Source: Lama glama
Lineage: Eukaryota
Reading direction: 5' to 3'
NCBI GenBank assembly: GCA_028534125.1
Contig: CM052816.1
Coordinates: forward strand, 74,774,001 to 74,838,000
DNA: 64,000 bases
Position 1 is the stretch's first letter; every line of letters begins with the position of its first letter. The translations under genes and the position numbers were made by a program. The notes beneath the pieces are model-generated. The model was not told the DNA's origin. It did no database searches and saw only the letters and a list, made by a program, of their open reading frames with translations. Of this stretch, positions 12,179 to 24,842 are shown piece by piece.

Positions 12179-13769
12179 TTGTTTTTATTCTTGTACCAAC
12201 AAATCCATGAGTTGAGTGGAATTAAGTAATATACACAATAGTAAACTTCCTCTTTGCCTTTTGGATTTAAATCCACTAAATGTGTTTCAAAATGTGTCTT
12301 TTGAGTGAAATGAGAACTTTTCTCACCTGTCCCTAACATCAAGAGTGGCAGAAATGCTGAAGAGTTTGTCAGGTTTGTGTCTGTGATGTTTGGTAAACGG
12401 TTCTGATAGGGCATAGATAAGGGGAATACAAGAAGGGAGGGAGAACAGACGCAGAGCAAAGGCTTTAAATAGACATGCAAGCCACTCAGTCATTCCATTA
12501 GCATCTCTGGAAAAGATGAAGTATTTGGTCCCTAGGGTCCCATGTATTTCCCAACAATGCATTATAAACCAGTGATGCTATAAACTTCTGCTTCCTTAGG
12601 GTCATACAGGATTTATTGTCTATTACAGATTACATCATTATTAACATCAAGGGATTAAAAACCAATAACTCAAAATGGGACTAGACCTTGGCCAAACCAT
12701 GAAGTATGTAAAATTTGCCTTCATCTGCCCTTTTACCCAGATGCCTGTAGGATATCCTCCACTGACTATCACATTTGATACTACTTCCAACAGGCAAATT
12801 TCCAAGCTCCAAGCTCTTCTTACTCCTTCCTCTTAATGAATTTCAACCACAGGTTTACTATTCCCTTGGACCTGGCTAATTTTTTTCCTAAAATGATGAC
12901 TAATTTCTTGGTATACTGATCAAACTTTCAAGTCAAAGGAAGAACAACAAAGAATGAACTCTATTAGTGGAGATTTTAGTGCCATGGTCTTCAGAGAAAT
13001 GGATGTTGGAAAGGATACTTCCACACACAGCAACATGCTGTTAAACTAGGAGTCTAGGATACCATTCTCAGGAGGGCCCCTTTTTGAAACTCCCAAGTCA
13101 TAGCTATGAGATGACTATTTACACTGATTGTGTAAAGCTCTTTTTTAAGTTTTGATTAGAAGATTGATGCTTGTGCAATACTCTGCCAGTTTGGCTCCTG
13201 ATACTGTTTTTAAATGACTTTGTAGAGATATGACCTATACATATCCTTTATTCAATGGCTGTTCCTCATCAATCTCATCATCCTCCTAGCAAAGATAATT
13301 ACTACTTCTGCTTCCACAACCATAACTACTTTGTTCATGTTTTGTGTCTTTAGTATGTGTCATATGTTTGGGGAAACTGCCTTCTTGTTTGATGAGGGGA
13401 AGGAACCCTAGTGAGATAACACTTTAGTCCTCTTCTATAGAGAATTATGTATCCATCTGATGTTGGGATTTAAAGATTCTGACATTTTTTGGCTGATGTT
13501 TATTCATTAAATGGAATGAAGGTGCCACACCTCTAAACATATGTCCTTGCTTTCTCTGTCTCCACTCAGAAAGCTCTAAGAATATTACAGCTGTCTATGG
13601 AGACTTTATCTCCCAAAGGGATTATGAAATATCATTGCAGTTTAACCATGGTTATCAGATTTCAGTCATTAAGCCCCTCCCTATTTTTATTCTTTTCCAA
13701 TGTCAATTGATTCAAAACTGTGAGGGACAACAGTGAAATTACTTCCCAAAGGTTGAAACCCCAAACGCC

Positions 13770-13930
13770 ATACTCTATGTTCAGAGTTTTGCATATATTA
13801 TCTTATTTAACTGTCACAACAACCTTGAGAGGTAGACATTATTACTCTCATTTTACAAATGATAATGAGAATTTCAGTGGCATGTGTAACTGGTAAGTAG
13901 GAAAGAAAGTATTCTGACCCAGGTATATCA
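13770..13930 (-). mobile_element. MIR remnant
   Basis: TTATTTAACTGTCACAACAACCTTGAGAGGTAG...CATTTTACAAATGA. Confidence 0.7.
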
Positions 13931-13959
13931 TGTTGCTTCCTATTATTTATACTTCTACC

Positions 13960-15745
13960 ATCAAAATATTCATCCTTAAACACTACTGTCTAGTATCACT
14001 TGATTTTGAACTTTAGATAAATGGAATCATGCTTTATGTATTCTGCTATGTCTGGTTTCTTTCTCTCATATTGCTTACAAGATTTTTTTCATGATGTTCC
14101 ATGTAACTGTAGTTCATTCATTTATATATTGAATAAAATTCAATTGACAAAATTTTTTATTTATTATACTAAATACTCTAATGGACAGAGTTTGTTACAG
14201 TTCTTTACTATTATGAGTAATACTACTATGAAAATTCTTGTACATCTCTTTGGTACACAGATGCATTTCTTTTTATTAAATCTTGTTCTACAACTTGACT
14301 AAAACTTGATATTCAGTCTTCTAATTTTAGCCATTCTGGTGAGTAACAGTCTATTATTGTGGTTTTATTTTGAACTTCCCTGATGTCTAATGAGGATGAG
14401 CATTTTTCCATGTGATGTTTTTGGTTATTTTATTTTCCTAGTGTATGAATTGTCTTTTAAGTGCCCTTGACATTTTTCTACTGGATTCTACTGGGTATCT
14501 GTCTTCTTATTGATTTGTAGGGGTACAAATATGATGGAGGCCCTCTGTCAACTTTGTAAGTTACAGATATCCTCTACCACTGTCTGGTTCACCATTTCAC
14601 TCTCTTTTGATGAAAGGAAGTTTTAAAATTCAATGTAATAAAATATATTAGTCTTTTATTGTTAGCATTTCTTGTGCCCTTTTTAATAAAATCTTCTCCC
14701 ACCTAATGTAATGAGTTTGTTTCCCTATAATAAATTCTAAAAGTTTTATTTTGCTGCTTTTCACATTAAAGTCTCACTTGGAAGTGATTTCTGTGATGGT
14801 GTGAGGCAGGGATTGATTTATTTGATTCATCTTTTTTCCCATAGGGAAATTGTCCAAGTATAATCTATAGAGAAGATCACGTTTTACTCTTAGCTCTTTA
14901 GTGTCTGCATTGTCGTAAGTCAAGTGTTTGTATGTGCATGGATCTTCTGGGGGTCGTCTGTTCTTTTCCATTGACTGATTTGTCTAATCTGGTGTTACTT
15001 CCATGCTGTTTTAATTTCTGTAGTTTAATAAGCAGTATTGATATTTAGTAAGATAAGTCTTTCCCTTATGGTTTTCCATTTTTTTCTTTGATATTATCTA
15101 AATTATTCTTGGCCATTTGCATTTTCACATAAATTTAATAATCATCTGGTCCATTTCCACAAAAACAGATTCTGGGATTTTAATTGGGGTTGCATTGAAT
15201 CTATAGTTTAATCTGGAGGCATTCACATTTCTATAATACTTGGTCCTCAAATTATTCTTTCTATTGATTTAGTGGTCTCTATTTGTTTAGTTCCCGCAAC
15301 AATACATTTAGGCTTCTAAGTAGAAATTTTATTCATCTTTGGTTAAATTTATGCCTAGATACTTAATTTTGTTTTCTATTTTAAAATTGGTATCTTTCAA
15401 AGTTTCTTTAATTATTTCTTGCTGGTATATGGAAATATAAGTGATTTTTCTTTTATAACAACTTTGGATCTAGCAATTTTGCTAAGTGGCCTTATTAATT
15501 ATAATAGTCTAAATATAATCTTTCTTGGATATCAAATAATCATAGCATTTGCTAAATACAATATTCTGTTACTTAATTTTCTATCCTTGAACACTTTATT
15601 TCTTTCTCTGCCTTACTGAGCTGGCTAGGAACTCTAGAATATGTTGAACTGAAAGTGGTGATAGCAGGCATCTTTGGTCTTTTTCTTATCTTGAAGAGAA
15701 TGCATACACAATATTTCAGAATTAAGTATGATGCATATATAAATT
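13960..15745 (-). mobile_element. Ancient L1M (L1ME-like) 3' end and ORF2 remnant
   Basis: AAATGGAATCAT; TTAGCCATTCTGGT; GGGATTTTAATTGGGGTTGCATTGAATCTATAG; CTGGCTAGGAACTC. Confidence 0.8.
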
Positions 15746-16189
15746 TTATAACCATTAACTAGAATTCTTCTTCTAAATTTTTCAACTTTTCTTTATTTTG
15801 TTAGCTGTTTGTTGCTTGTAGAAGTATATATTTTATCTATTTCATTTAGATTTTTAGATGTCTTCATTGGAAGGATTAGTTGGTATTATTTGATCCACCA
15901 TTACTGGAAGCAAAATACTTGAAACCATGTATATTTTTATGGGTTGTTTAAAAGATTTTCAAGATAAAAACATTTTCATAATTGCCTATAAGATATTTTC
16001 ATTTTACATGCTCTGACTTTAGAATTTAATCACAGTATGACTGTATTATAGCTTGATATTAAAATTTTTTCAGAACATAAAAAAGAGAAAATTTATGAAT
16101 TAACTGTTGAGAATGGTAAAATCTACTACCACAGCTCTACAAGATTAGGAGAAAGGAAAGAATAGACTCCTGTCACACAGGAATAGAGA

Positions 16190-17090
16190 GTCAAAGTTCT
16201 TTAAAAACTTAGCAACCCAAATATGTTAGTATATTGAAAGTACAATGTACTATGACCAAGTTGGATTTATTCTAGAAATGTAAATATATATCAATGTTGG
16301 GATAATTATCGATAAACTTCATCACACTAAGTCGAAAGAATGAAGCATTTCATCAGCTTTATAAATTGTACAAAAGCATCTTATGAAGTGAATTAATTTT
16401 TTATTGAAAGAAAATAATAAATTAGGAAAAAAAGGAACTTTTTCAATTTGATAAAGGGTCTCTTTATTACTACAGAAATTAGACTTAATATGAAAATGCT
16501 GGGGCATGCCCATTCAGGTGGAAACAAGACAATGATGATGCCCACCATCACCATAGTATTCAACACTTTTCCCAGAAGTTGCCAAAGTATATATAGCCTG
16601 TGGGTTAAATCTGGTCCCCCGCCTGTTTTTGTAAATAAAAATTTTTTTGAAAACAGCCATGATCATCCATTAGTGTATTATTTATGGCTTACTTTGGCAC
16701 TACAAGGGCAAAGCTGAATAGTTGAGACAGACAATATGGCCTACAAAGCCTGAGTATTTATTTTCTGGCCCTTTACATAAAAAGATTTCTGATCCCTGTT
16801 CTAACCTATACAATAAGGGTCTTTTTAATGAAGCAATATATTTCAATTGGTAAGAAAAAAATGTATTAGTACTGTCTATCCAGAAAGTCCAATTAAATCA
16901 GTGGGGAAAAAGCACTAGAACTGATGACAGAGCTCAATAAAATGTAACATTACAGGACAGCTATGAAAAGAAACACTTTCCTATAGCTAATTAGCTAACT
17001 AGGAAATATTATGACACAAAGGCACCATTCATAAGAGTAATAAAAGTTTTACTATCATTAGCAATAATCTTGAAACTGTGAAGATTTTAA
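16190..17090 (+). mobile_element. Ancient L1M ORF2 (RT region) remnant interrupted by MER58
   Basis: ATGACCAAGTTGGATTTATTCTAGAAATG; GGAAACAAGACAATGATG...TATTCAACA. Confidence 0.65.
16573..16798. mobile_element. MER58A-like hAT MITE
   Basis: CAG...CTG termini; GCCTGTTTTTGTAAATAAA; TGGCCCTTTACATAAAAAG. Confidence 0.85.
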
Positions 17091-17904
17091 GTAAAATTAC
17101 TGTGATTTACACATTTATAGGGATGTAGTCTCGTGTTTGTGACATGGGGTACTCCTATGAAGGAAAGTCACTCTGTTTATACAAGGCCCACTTTGTATTT
17201 TTCATGACAGCCAGGACTCCAGATGGTGCCTCTAAATGGAATATGCAGGAACCCGTCTAGGTTTGGTATCTGTAATGTGGGGAGAAAAAAATCTGTCCTA
17301 CTCACCTAGTACATTTGATGATGGGATAAAATGGAATATTAGATAAATTAAAAATAAAATTGCTAAATAAAAAAAGAGACATTTTTAGCAGTCCTACTAA
17401 ATTCTATGTGAAAAGGAAAATGAGAGCAATGAGCAGCACATCTGTGGAGGGTGTAAACTGAGGAACACAAAAGGAAACGATGGATGCAACATTTTAAAGT
17501 AGGATGATAGCTTAAGCTATCCAGAGTCATTTCATGTTTACTGTAGTCTGTTCAAATTAGGTGATTTTGTGTGATGTGAGCTGAAGTCATGCTGCCATGC
17601 GTAATGCATGAGATTTGCTTGGAAATCACATTTAAGTTCCAGAAATGGATCAGTGATGACCAGCAAGTAATATATCTGGGGAGTAGTGACACTTAAAGTA
17701 GGCAGCTGGAAAGTACTAAGTAGAAGTGATCAGAAGAGAAAGCCCAAAAGAAAATGATCGTTGCTTCCTAATGAAAGCTACACTAGAAATATGGACCTGG
17801 GCATGTAAGCTGGAAGCTGTAGCTCAGACAGCTGGTTCTGAGAAGAGCACTGGTGCTTCTTTACAGTAATGACCTTACTGTGACAGAGGGTGAGAGGGTG
17901 AGGC

Positions 17905-18332
17905 TGTGATAGAAAAGAACAAATCTGACTCCAAATTAGATCTGTTCCTTTGGCTTTAACTCTGTGTCCTGTTTTCTAGGTTTAGTCTTGCTAGCTCTGC
18001 ACTCACGTGAAGATAACAAGTTGCAAAACAGAGAATATTTGTTTTGAGGTTTTTCAGGAGCACCATGAGCTCGCCCACGGGGACAGCTGCAAGAATAAAG
18101 AATTCCTACACCAAGAAGTTTGCAACAACCAACCACACCCCCTCCCCCCTTTTTTTGGTATAAAAGGAGCCTGTATTCTGACTGGAACAAGATGGTTCTC
18201 CAAGACATTAGTCTGCCATCCTCTCCGTCTGCCAGCTTTCCGAATAAAGTCGCTATTCCTTGCCCCAACACCTCATCTCCCAACTTATTGGCCTGCCATA
18301 TGGCGAGCAGAACGAGTTTGGACTCAGTAACA
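17905..18332 (+). mobile_element. Solo LTR, same family as 9535
   Basis: TG...CA termini, TATAAAA and AATAAA, flanks AGGC/AGAC. Confidence 0.9.
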
Positions 18333-18558
18333 AGACTGCTCCTTCTTTTCATCCATGCCTCCTCTTTCACTTCTCTTTCAGCTGCTTGCTGTTCATCTAA
18401 CCTTATTTTGAGCAGGATTAATTCATTTTAATCTTCAAGATTGCCCTTGTTTCTTTTAATGTAATTTCATCTGAATATATAAATGGTTATGTAGGTAATA
18501 CTCCTTAGGGTGTGTGTATGTGTGTGTGTTCCTAATATGAGGGAGTGATAAGCAAAAA

Positions 18559-19075
18559 CATAATAGGGAAGAACAAATATGACTCCATATTGGATATGTT
18601 TCTTTTACTTTAACCTTTGTATTCCATTATTTTGCTACAGGTTAATCACTAAAGGGATGCTGCCTATTGCTTAAAGTATATGTAATGGCCCATCTCAAGG
18701 AACCTTGCCTCCGATGCCTGAGTACTAAGCTAAAATACCTTTGTTTAGCTCACAGGAAATATCCTGACCAGGCCCACCTGGGAATGGCTACAGGAAGGAA
18801 GAAATTAACACACCCCTTCCAGAGTCTGGCTAGAACCAGGAAATATTTACAACAATTTATCCCCTTTTTTAACTTACCTCCTCACCTCACCCTCTTTGTT
18901 CTATAAAGAAAACTAGCACCCAAATCCAGGCAAGATGGTTCTTTGGGACACTAGTTCACCATATTCTCGGTCTGCTAGCTTTCTGAATAAAGTCGCTATT
19001 CCTTGCCCCAGCAACTTGTCTCTTGATTTATTGGCTTGTCATGTGGCAAGCAATATGAGCTTGGACTTAGTAACA
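18559..19075 (+). mobile_element. Solo LTR, same family as 9535, different U3
   Basis: Shared GAAGAACAAAT.TGACTCCA start and GGACT.AGTAACA end; TATAAA and AATAAA; flanks AAAA/AAAG. Confidence 0.9.
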
Positions 19076-19294
19076 AAAGGACAGAAAGAGACAAAGTAAG
19101 GGCCTGTACTCAGGTCATCTCCCTAGGAGAGATACTGATGGTAGAGGAACAAAGAGTTCACACAAGGTCAAGTTTATTTCTGGCTGATGCCACAGACATG
19201 ACATCTCCAAAAGCCTCCATGACAACTGTGGGTAGAGGTAGAAAATTGCATGTCTTATTATGAATACTGTGGTCTTGAGAAACAAATAGTGTTG

Positions 19295-19450
19295 GAGAGA
19301 TGGTTTCCTAAATCAAGATGATCATCAGATTACCTGGGGAGATTTTAAATAATACATATCCCCAGACCCAAATCTGCTAAGGATAGAGTGGGGAACAGAA
19401 ATACATACTTCGAAAAGTTCCACTTTTGATCACCCCAGTTTGAAAGCTTC
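19295..19450. mobile_element. MER5-like hAT MITE remnant
   Basis: CATCAGATTACCTGGGGAG...CCCCAGTTTGAAA. Confidence 0.55.
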
Positions 19451-19759
19451 AGTTATAAAAGGGAAAAGATTGTTATTGTCTTCCTATTTACTTAGGAGTT
19501 CTTAAATAATTAAACTTCCTGTGAACCTCAGTGTGTTCATCTGAAGATTAGATCAGAGGATCTTTACTGTCCCTTACAGATCTTTGCTGCTATGAATTTT
19601 TAAAAAATCAGTCACCTAGAAGGCTTATTGTAGAGCTCAGTTTGAAGCTTTTAGATGAGATTTTCAACATTAAAGCCAGTTTACCAAAGGACTGTCTTCT
19701 GTAGAACATCCTGAAGAGAGAGTAGATCTAACACACGTCAGTTAAACCTTGATTGAAAT

Positions 19760-20220
19760 CATTCATTCAACATTCAACAAGAACTCACTAAGAGGCCTTT
19801 TTATGACAAGCACTGTCATAGACCCTGGGGAATAGAGAACACCACACATACAATCTCTGTCCTCGTGGTACTTATGTCTGGAAGGGAGAGGCTAAATGAT
19901 AAACTAACAGTCAAAAAAATGATGATTACACATGAGGATAAGTACTGTGAAGGACAGAAACAGGACAAGATGATAGAAAGTAATATGATGGGGATGGAAT
20001 CAGGTATCCACTTTGCATAAGACAGTCACAGAAGGCCTCATTGCACTGGAGCCTGAAGGAAAAGAGTTTTCCAGTCAGAGGAACAGCAAGTTACAGAGAC
20101 CCAGAGGGTTAAAGACCTTGGAATGTTCAAAGGTTGAAGGGAAGAGAAATGGTGACTTGAACAGGGCCAGTGGTGGTGGAGACCCAGAGAAATGGCCAGA
20201 TTTCAGAGGTGTTTTAGACA
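19760..20220 (-). mobile_element. L2 3' remnant
   Basis: CATTCATTCAACA terminus followed by typical L2 body. Confidence 0.75.
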
Positions 20221-20319
20221 AAGAAAATCAATCCTCCTTAAGAGAAAATAACACGTATTACCTCCTTGGGGTGACAGAGTAATACAGAAGCATCTGAGTA
20301 TTGGGCCCTTCTGTGAAAT

Positions 20320-20515
20320 ACTCATTGTGTGACCTTGATCAAATTATGTACTCTCTCTTTGCCTCAGTTTCTTCACCTATAAAATGGAGATGATAGTACC
20401 TACCTTATGGGTTGTTACAGGGATTGGAATTAGAAAGAAGATGTAAATATTTAGCATAGTGCTTGGAATATATTACATTCTCAATAGATATTAAGTATTA
20501 TTATTATTATTAATT
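20320..20515 (+). mobile_element. MIR
   Basis: TGTGTGACCTTG...GCCTCAGTTTCTTCACCTATAAAATGG. Confidence 0.85.
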
Positions 20516-21060
20516 TTTTGTCATATACTTTATAGAAGAAATGAGATCAGTGCCTTAAATAAAATAAACCTTCATTCTAGATCTGTAGGTTTATTCCTCA
20601 CTGGAAAAAAAGACTCTTAAATCAATTAAGGCAATTTACTTTAAAATACTTTGTTATAGGCAGTATAATATTATATAGGGGCCAGTTAAAGTTTTACATC
20701 TGAAGGTAGTTAGCATTTGATCAAGAATATACTGTTTAGGAGAGGTCAGCCAGCATTTTGTCAGCCAGAAGACTTGTTGGTTATCCATATGTTGATCAAG
20801 AACTGATGCTTATCTATTTCACATATTGAATGTAAAAAAAAAAAAAGAATTTTATTGCTGAAACCAATGCCTTGCTAAACAATATAATGGCTGTTAAATG
20901 TAGATGTTGCAGCAAAATTAAAAGTGTTGCCAGTCTTGTATTATCTAGACAGAAGAATTCACTGAGGTCTGTATCCTGTACCCATTAGGAATGTTATCCA
21001 AGGCTTAATCTCTGTTGGATCCTGAATTCAGCTAGTCTTTGGGGATATCTGTTAGCTCTA

Positions 21061-21079
21061 TGCCCACCAGAGGGCACTG
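21061..21079 (+). promoter_or_regulatory. Candidate CTCF binding site
   Basis: TGCCCACCAGAGGGCACTG; core CCACCAGAGGGCAC fits CCASYAGRKGGCRS at every position; occupancy unknown. Confidence 0.65.
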
Positions 21080-23918
21080 ACTTGGGAATCTGCCTCAAAT
21101 GAACCTCTGACACTAAGTATACTTGAGCAACTTAAAGAGCAGAGAAATGTAACTTCATCAAACTTACAGAATAGATTTATTAACTGTTAGCACTTGCCTT
21201 GTTAATGAATATTTGCCTATTAAATTTTGTATGTGTGGAAAATTTTTTGATACTGGCTTTCATTATATGCCAGGTAGCAAGATGGTGGGGAGAGTAATGC
21301 CATCCACCCCAATTGGTGGATACTTTTATTAATCCAAGAAAAAATTGAGTTCCTTGGGAAAGCTTGCAATGACTTCACAGTTCCAGTGAATCAATTCCCC
21401 GATGCCCATTGAAGAGCCTTGCTTCCCAATAGCAGCTTCCCTGGTATGGAAAACTGTGACTGCTATTTTAGTTTCTCTAAGATCTGTGGACCATGAGAAC
21501 ACAACAGATGCTCTGTTACCAAATTGTTGTTGTCACCAGTGATGGCTACAGATTCCCTGCTGCTATTGCCATAAAGAAAGCCCTTGTCCCACCCAAAGTG
21601 CTGAAATGACCTTTTCTTCACTGTTACTATCCAAAAGGAATTATAAACTGGGGTTATACTAAGGGTCATTCCCTGGCCTCTCACCACCCACCTCAACTCT
21701 ACCCCCTCACACAAGAGAAATATCTGGATCTAGAGCCTATACTTTAAAAGCCTGGTCCCACTCAGAGGAGCCCAAAGATAACACTTCTTTACATCCTTTT
21801 TCCCTGGTCCCTTACATAGCAATCCAAGTGATAAAGATCTTCATTTTCTCCCACTGGGAAATAAAAACTGGGAAATATTTTCCTTGGGCAGATGGATAAG
21901 ATTCATATTCAGTACTTCCAGTTTGTTAAAGTATAGTATTTATTTAAGTAGGGATGACATTCACATCTCCTGAGAAGTTTTTTCAAAATATACATACTTA
22001 GCCCCCCGCATCAGAGAATCAGACTCATTTCTCTGGGTGGCCCCAAGCACGTATAATTGGAAAAACTCCTATATATTTACATATATAACCACATTTCAGA
22101 GTTTCTGCTTAAGTCTCTAAACAAGTTGGGTTGGACCTGTGTGCACTAAATGCATAACTAGGCTTACCTTGATACTTGTTTTCAAAACATTTCATTTCCA
22201 AAAATTATGGAAGTACAGCCCTTAGATGTTCCCAAGGGTTCTCTTGCATTCTTGGTTGCCTTATTCAAATGGTTCTGAAGGACAGGGATAGCCTCTCTGT
22301 CTCTCCTCTCTTTTTAGATGGCCTGGCATAAACCAATCAGAACACTTTTAATCACATTTTTCTAGGTCTTGGATTATACTGGTAAATTGGAATACTGGGT
22401 TGGAGCACTAAATCCTCTGGTTCCACGAGCCTGGTTTCCATGTCTGGGCTGCATGTAGAAGTTTCCCACCTCATGCTGGGGTGTCAGGGAGCACACAACC
22501 AAGAGGCAGTATTATCCAGTCTGATGGAAATAAAATGGAAAGGGTGAAGAATCAAGCAGGTCAGGAATTAAGAGTTGCTGCGAGGCTTGTACAGGAGGAA
22601 GGAACAACGTGGAGGGGAGTGTTTGTGAGAAACTTTTGGCCATGCTTGGCACATATTACAACACATTGGCAAACTGCAGGAACTCCTGAGCTGGGGACCA
22701 AGTGTTCACTGTGGCTTATTACACAAGTCCAAGGCCTGTGGTGTGTGTGTGCTGGATTAAAAGTCTAGAGACATAGGAAGGATGAAAATGGAATGAGAGA
22801 AATTGGTTTGGCTGCCAATGTGCAATGCATTCTTCTGGTATCATTGATATTAACTAAACAAGGCTAAAATTTCTGCCTTCTTCAGAAATAATTTCCCTAT
22901 CACTGGGTGTTCTAGAATCTATGGGAAGTTTGATCAAATTAAACCCTTATTATTGAAACACTAAATATTACTCTGTTCATTTTTCAAACTTGTCATATTT
23001 TCTCTATCTGATATGAAATGAACTAAGCTTTGTGATTATTCACCCTGTCACCACTTAAATGACTAATGTACAGTGCACAACAGAAGTGATTCTGTAGAAA
23101 AGGAACCTGGTTTTGGGCCATGTTTGTTTCCAATTAACAAATATTGGGCATTCATGGAGTGCCTGCCCTGTGCTCTTTTCGGGTAGGTGGGAAAGACTTG
23201 ACCTGTGTTTTCTTGTAAATCAGAACATTCCAAACTTGCTTCAAAATAAGTAAAACTTTAAAATATGCCTCAGAGTTTTCTCACCAAAGGGTACTCATTA
23301 ATTATTTGATCCAAATTTCTTGCATTGTAGCAAGATTTCAAAATTGCAAAATACGAATTTTTCAAGAGAATACTGGAAATCAGTTGCAAACACTTGAAAA
23401 AACATGTAGTTAAATTCACAACTCAGAAGAAACTTTTCTGTTTTTTATATTGGTATTGTTTTTGTAGAAGTAGGCAGACTGTCACCTTGGCTACCTTCCT
23501 TCTTCTTTGTACATAATTAATTAATTTCCACCTTCATTCATTATTTATTCAACAAGTATTTATTATATGTTTGCTATGTGCCAGGTACTGTGCTCTGACC
23601 TGGAGATAAAGGGTGAACACAAGTGGTCACCATTCCTATTTCTTAGAACTCTTAGTCTGGTGAAAGACAGGAAAAAAATCACACATACTTATAAAATTGC
23701 ATTTAAAGTGTTAAGTATTATAAAGGAGGATGACAGCATACAATGAGTAGGTATAATATAATCTAGTTAGATAAATCAAAAAAGGCTTCCTTAAGGATAA
23801 GAAGTGGGCTGAGATCTGCAAAATAGGTAGGATTTATCCAAAGACATGCAGCAAAGGAAACAGCATAGGCAAAGGCCATGTGGCCCGAGGACCATTTGAG
23901 TTCAAGGACATGACAGAA

Positions 23919-24842
23919 CAGCCATAAAAACTGACAACATAACGCCATTTGCAGCAACATGGATGCTCCTAGAGAATGTCATTCTAAGTGAAGTAAGCCA
24001 GAAAGAGAAAGAAAAATACCATATGAGATCGCTCATATGTGGAATCTAAAGACTCATGGACAGAGAATACAGACTTGTGGTTACCAGCGGGGTAGAGGGT
24101 GGGAAGGGATAGACTGGGATTTCAAAATTGTAGAATAGATAAACAAGNNNNNNNNNNNNNNNNNNNNNNNNNNNNNNNNNNNNNNNNNNNNNNNNNNNNN
24201 NNNNNNNNNNNNNNNNNNNNNNNNNNNNNNNNNNNNNNNNNNNNNNNNNNNNNNNNNNNNNNNNNNNNNNNNNNNNNNNNNNNNNNNNNNNNNNNNNNNN
24301 NNNNNNNNNNNNNNNNNNNNNNNNNNNNNNNNNNNNNNNNNNNNNNNNNNNNNNNNNNNNNNNNNNNNNNNNNNNNNNNNNNNNNNNNNNNNNNNNNNNN
24401 NNNNNNNNNNNNNNNNNNNNNNNNNNNNNNNNNNNNNNNNNNNNNNNNNNNNNNNNNNNNNNNNNNNNNNNNNNNNNNNNNNNNNNNNNNNNNNNNNNNN
24501 NNNNNNNNNNNNNNNNNNNNNNNNNNNNNNNNNNNNNNNNNNNNNNNNNNNNNNNNNNNNNNNNNNNNNNNNNNNNNNNNNNNNNNNNNNNNNNNNNNNN
24601 NNNNNNNNNNNNNNNNNNNNNNNNNNNNNNNNNNNNNNNNNNNNNNNATTGTAGAATAGATAAACAAGATTACACTGTATAGCACAGGGAAATATACACA
24701 AAATGTTATGATAAATCACAGAGAAAAAAATGTGACAATGAGTGTGTATATGTCCATGAATGACTGAAAAATTGTGCTGAACACTGGAATTTGACACAAC
24801 ATTGTAAAATGATTATAAATCAATAAAAAATGTTAAAAAAAA
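23919..24842 (+). mobile_element. 5'-truncated young L1 spanning an assembly gap
   Basis: Perfect 15 bp TSD AAGGACATGACAGAA (23904-23918, 24843-24857); AATAAA and poly(A). Confidence 0.93.
24148..24647. other. Assembly gap of 500 N
   Basis: N run; both flanks carry the same 21-mer. Confidence 0.99.

Noticed and set aside
13960..17090. Single inverted old L1
   Set aside because: The minus and plus pieces cover overlapping parts of ORF2, so they are more likely independent elements.
17217..17232. Second CTCF-like motif ACTCCAGATGGTGCC
   Set aside because: Three mismatches to the core consensus.
17936..18431. Overlapping 103-144 aa ORFs
   Set aside because: They lie within a solo LTR; no gag/pol/env motifs.
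9535..19075. GAS/STAT1 motifs in the LTRs
   Set aside because: Only partial matches (e.g. CCAGGAA); no perfect TTCnnnGAA seen by eye.
24081..24797. 186-238 aa ORFs
   Set aside because: Artefacts of translating through the N gap.
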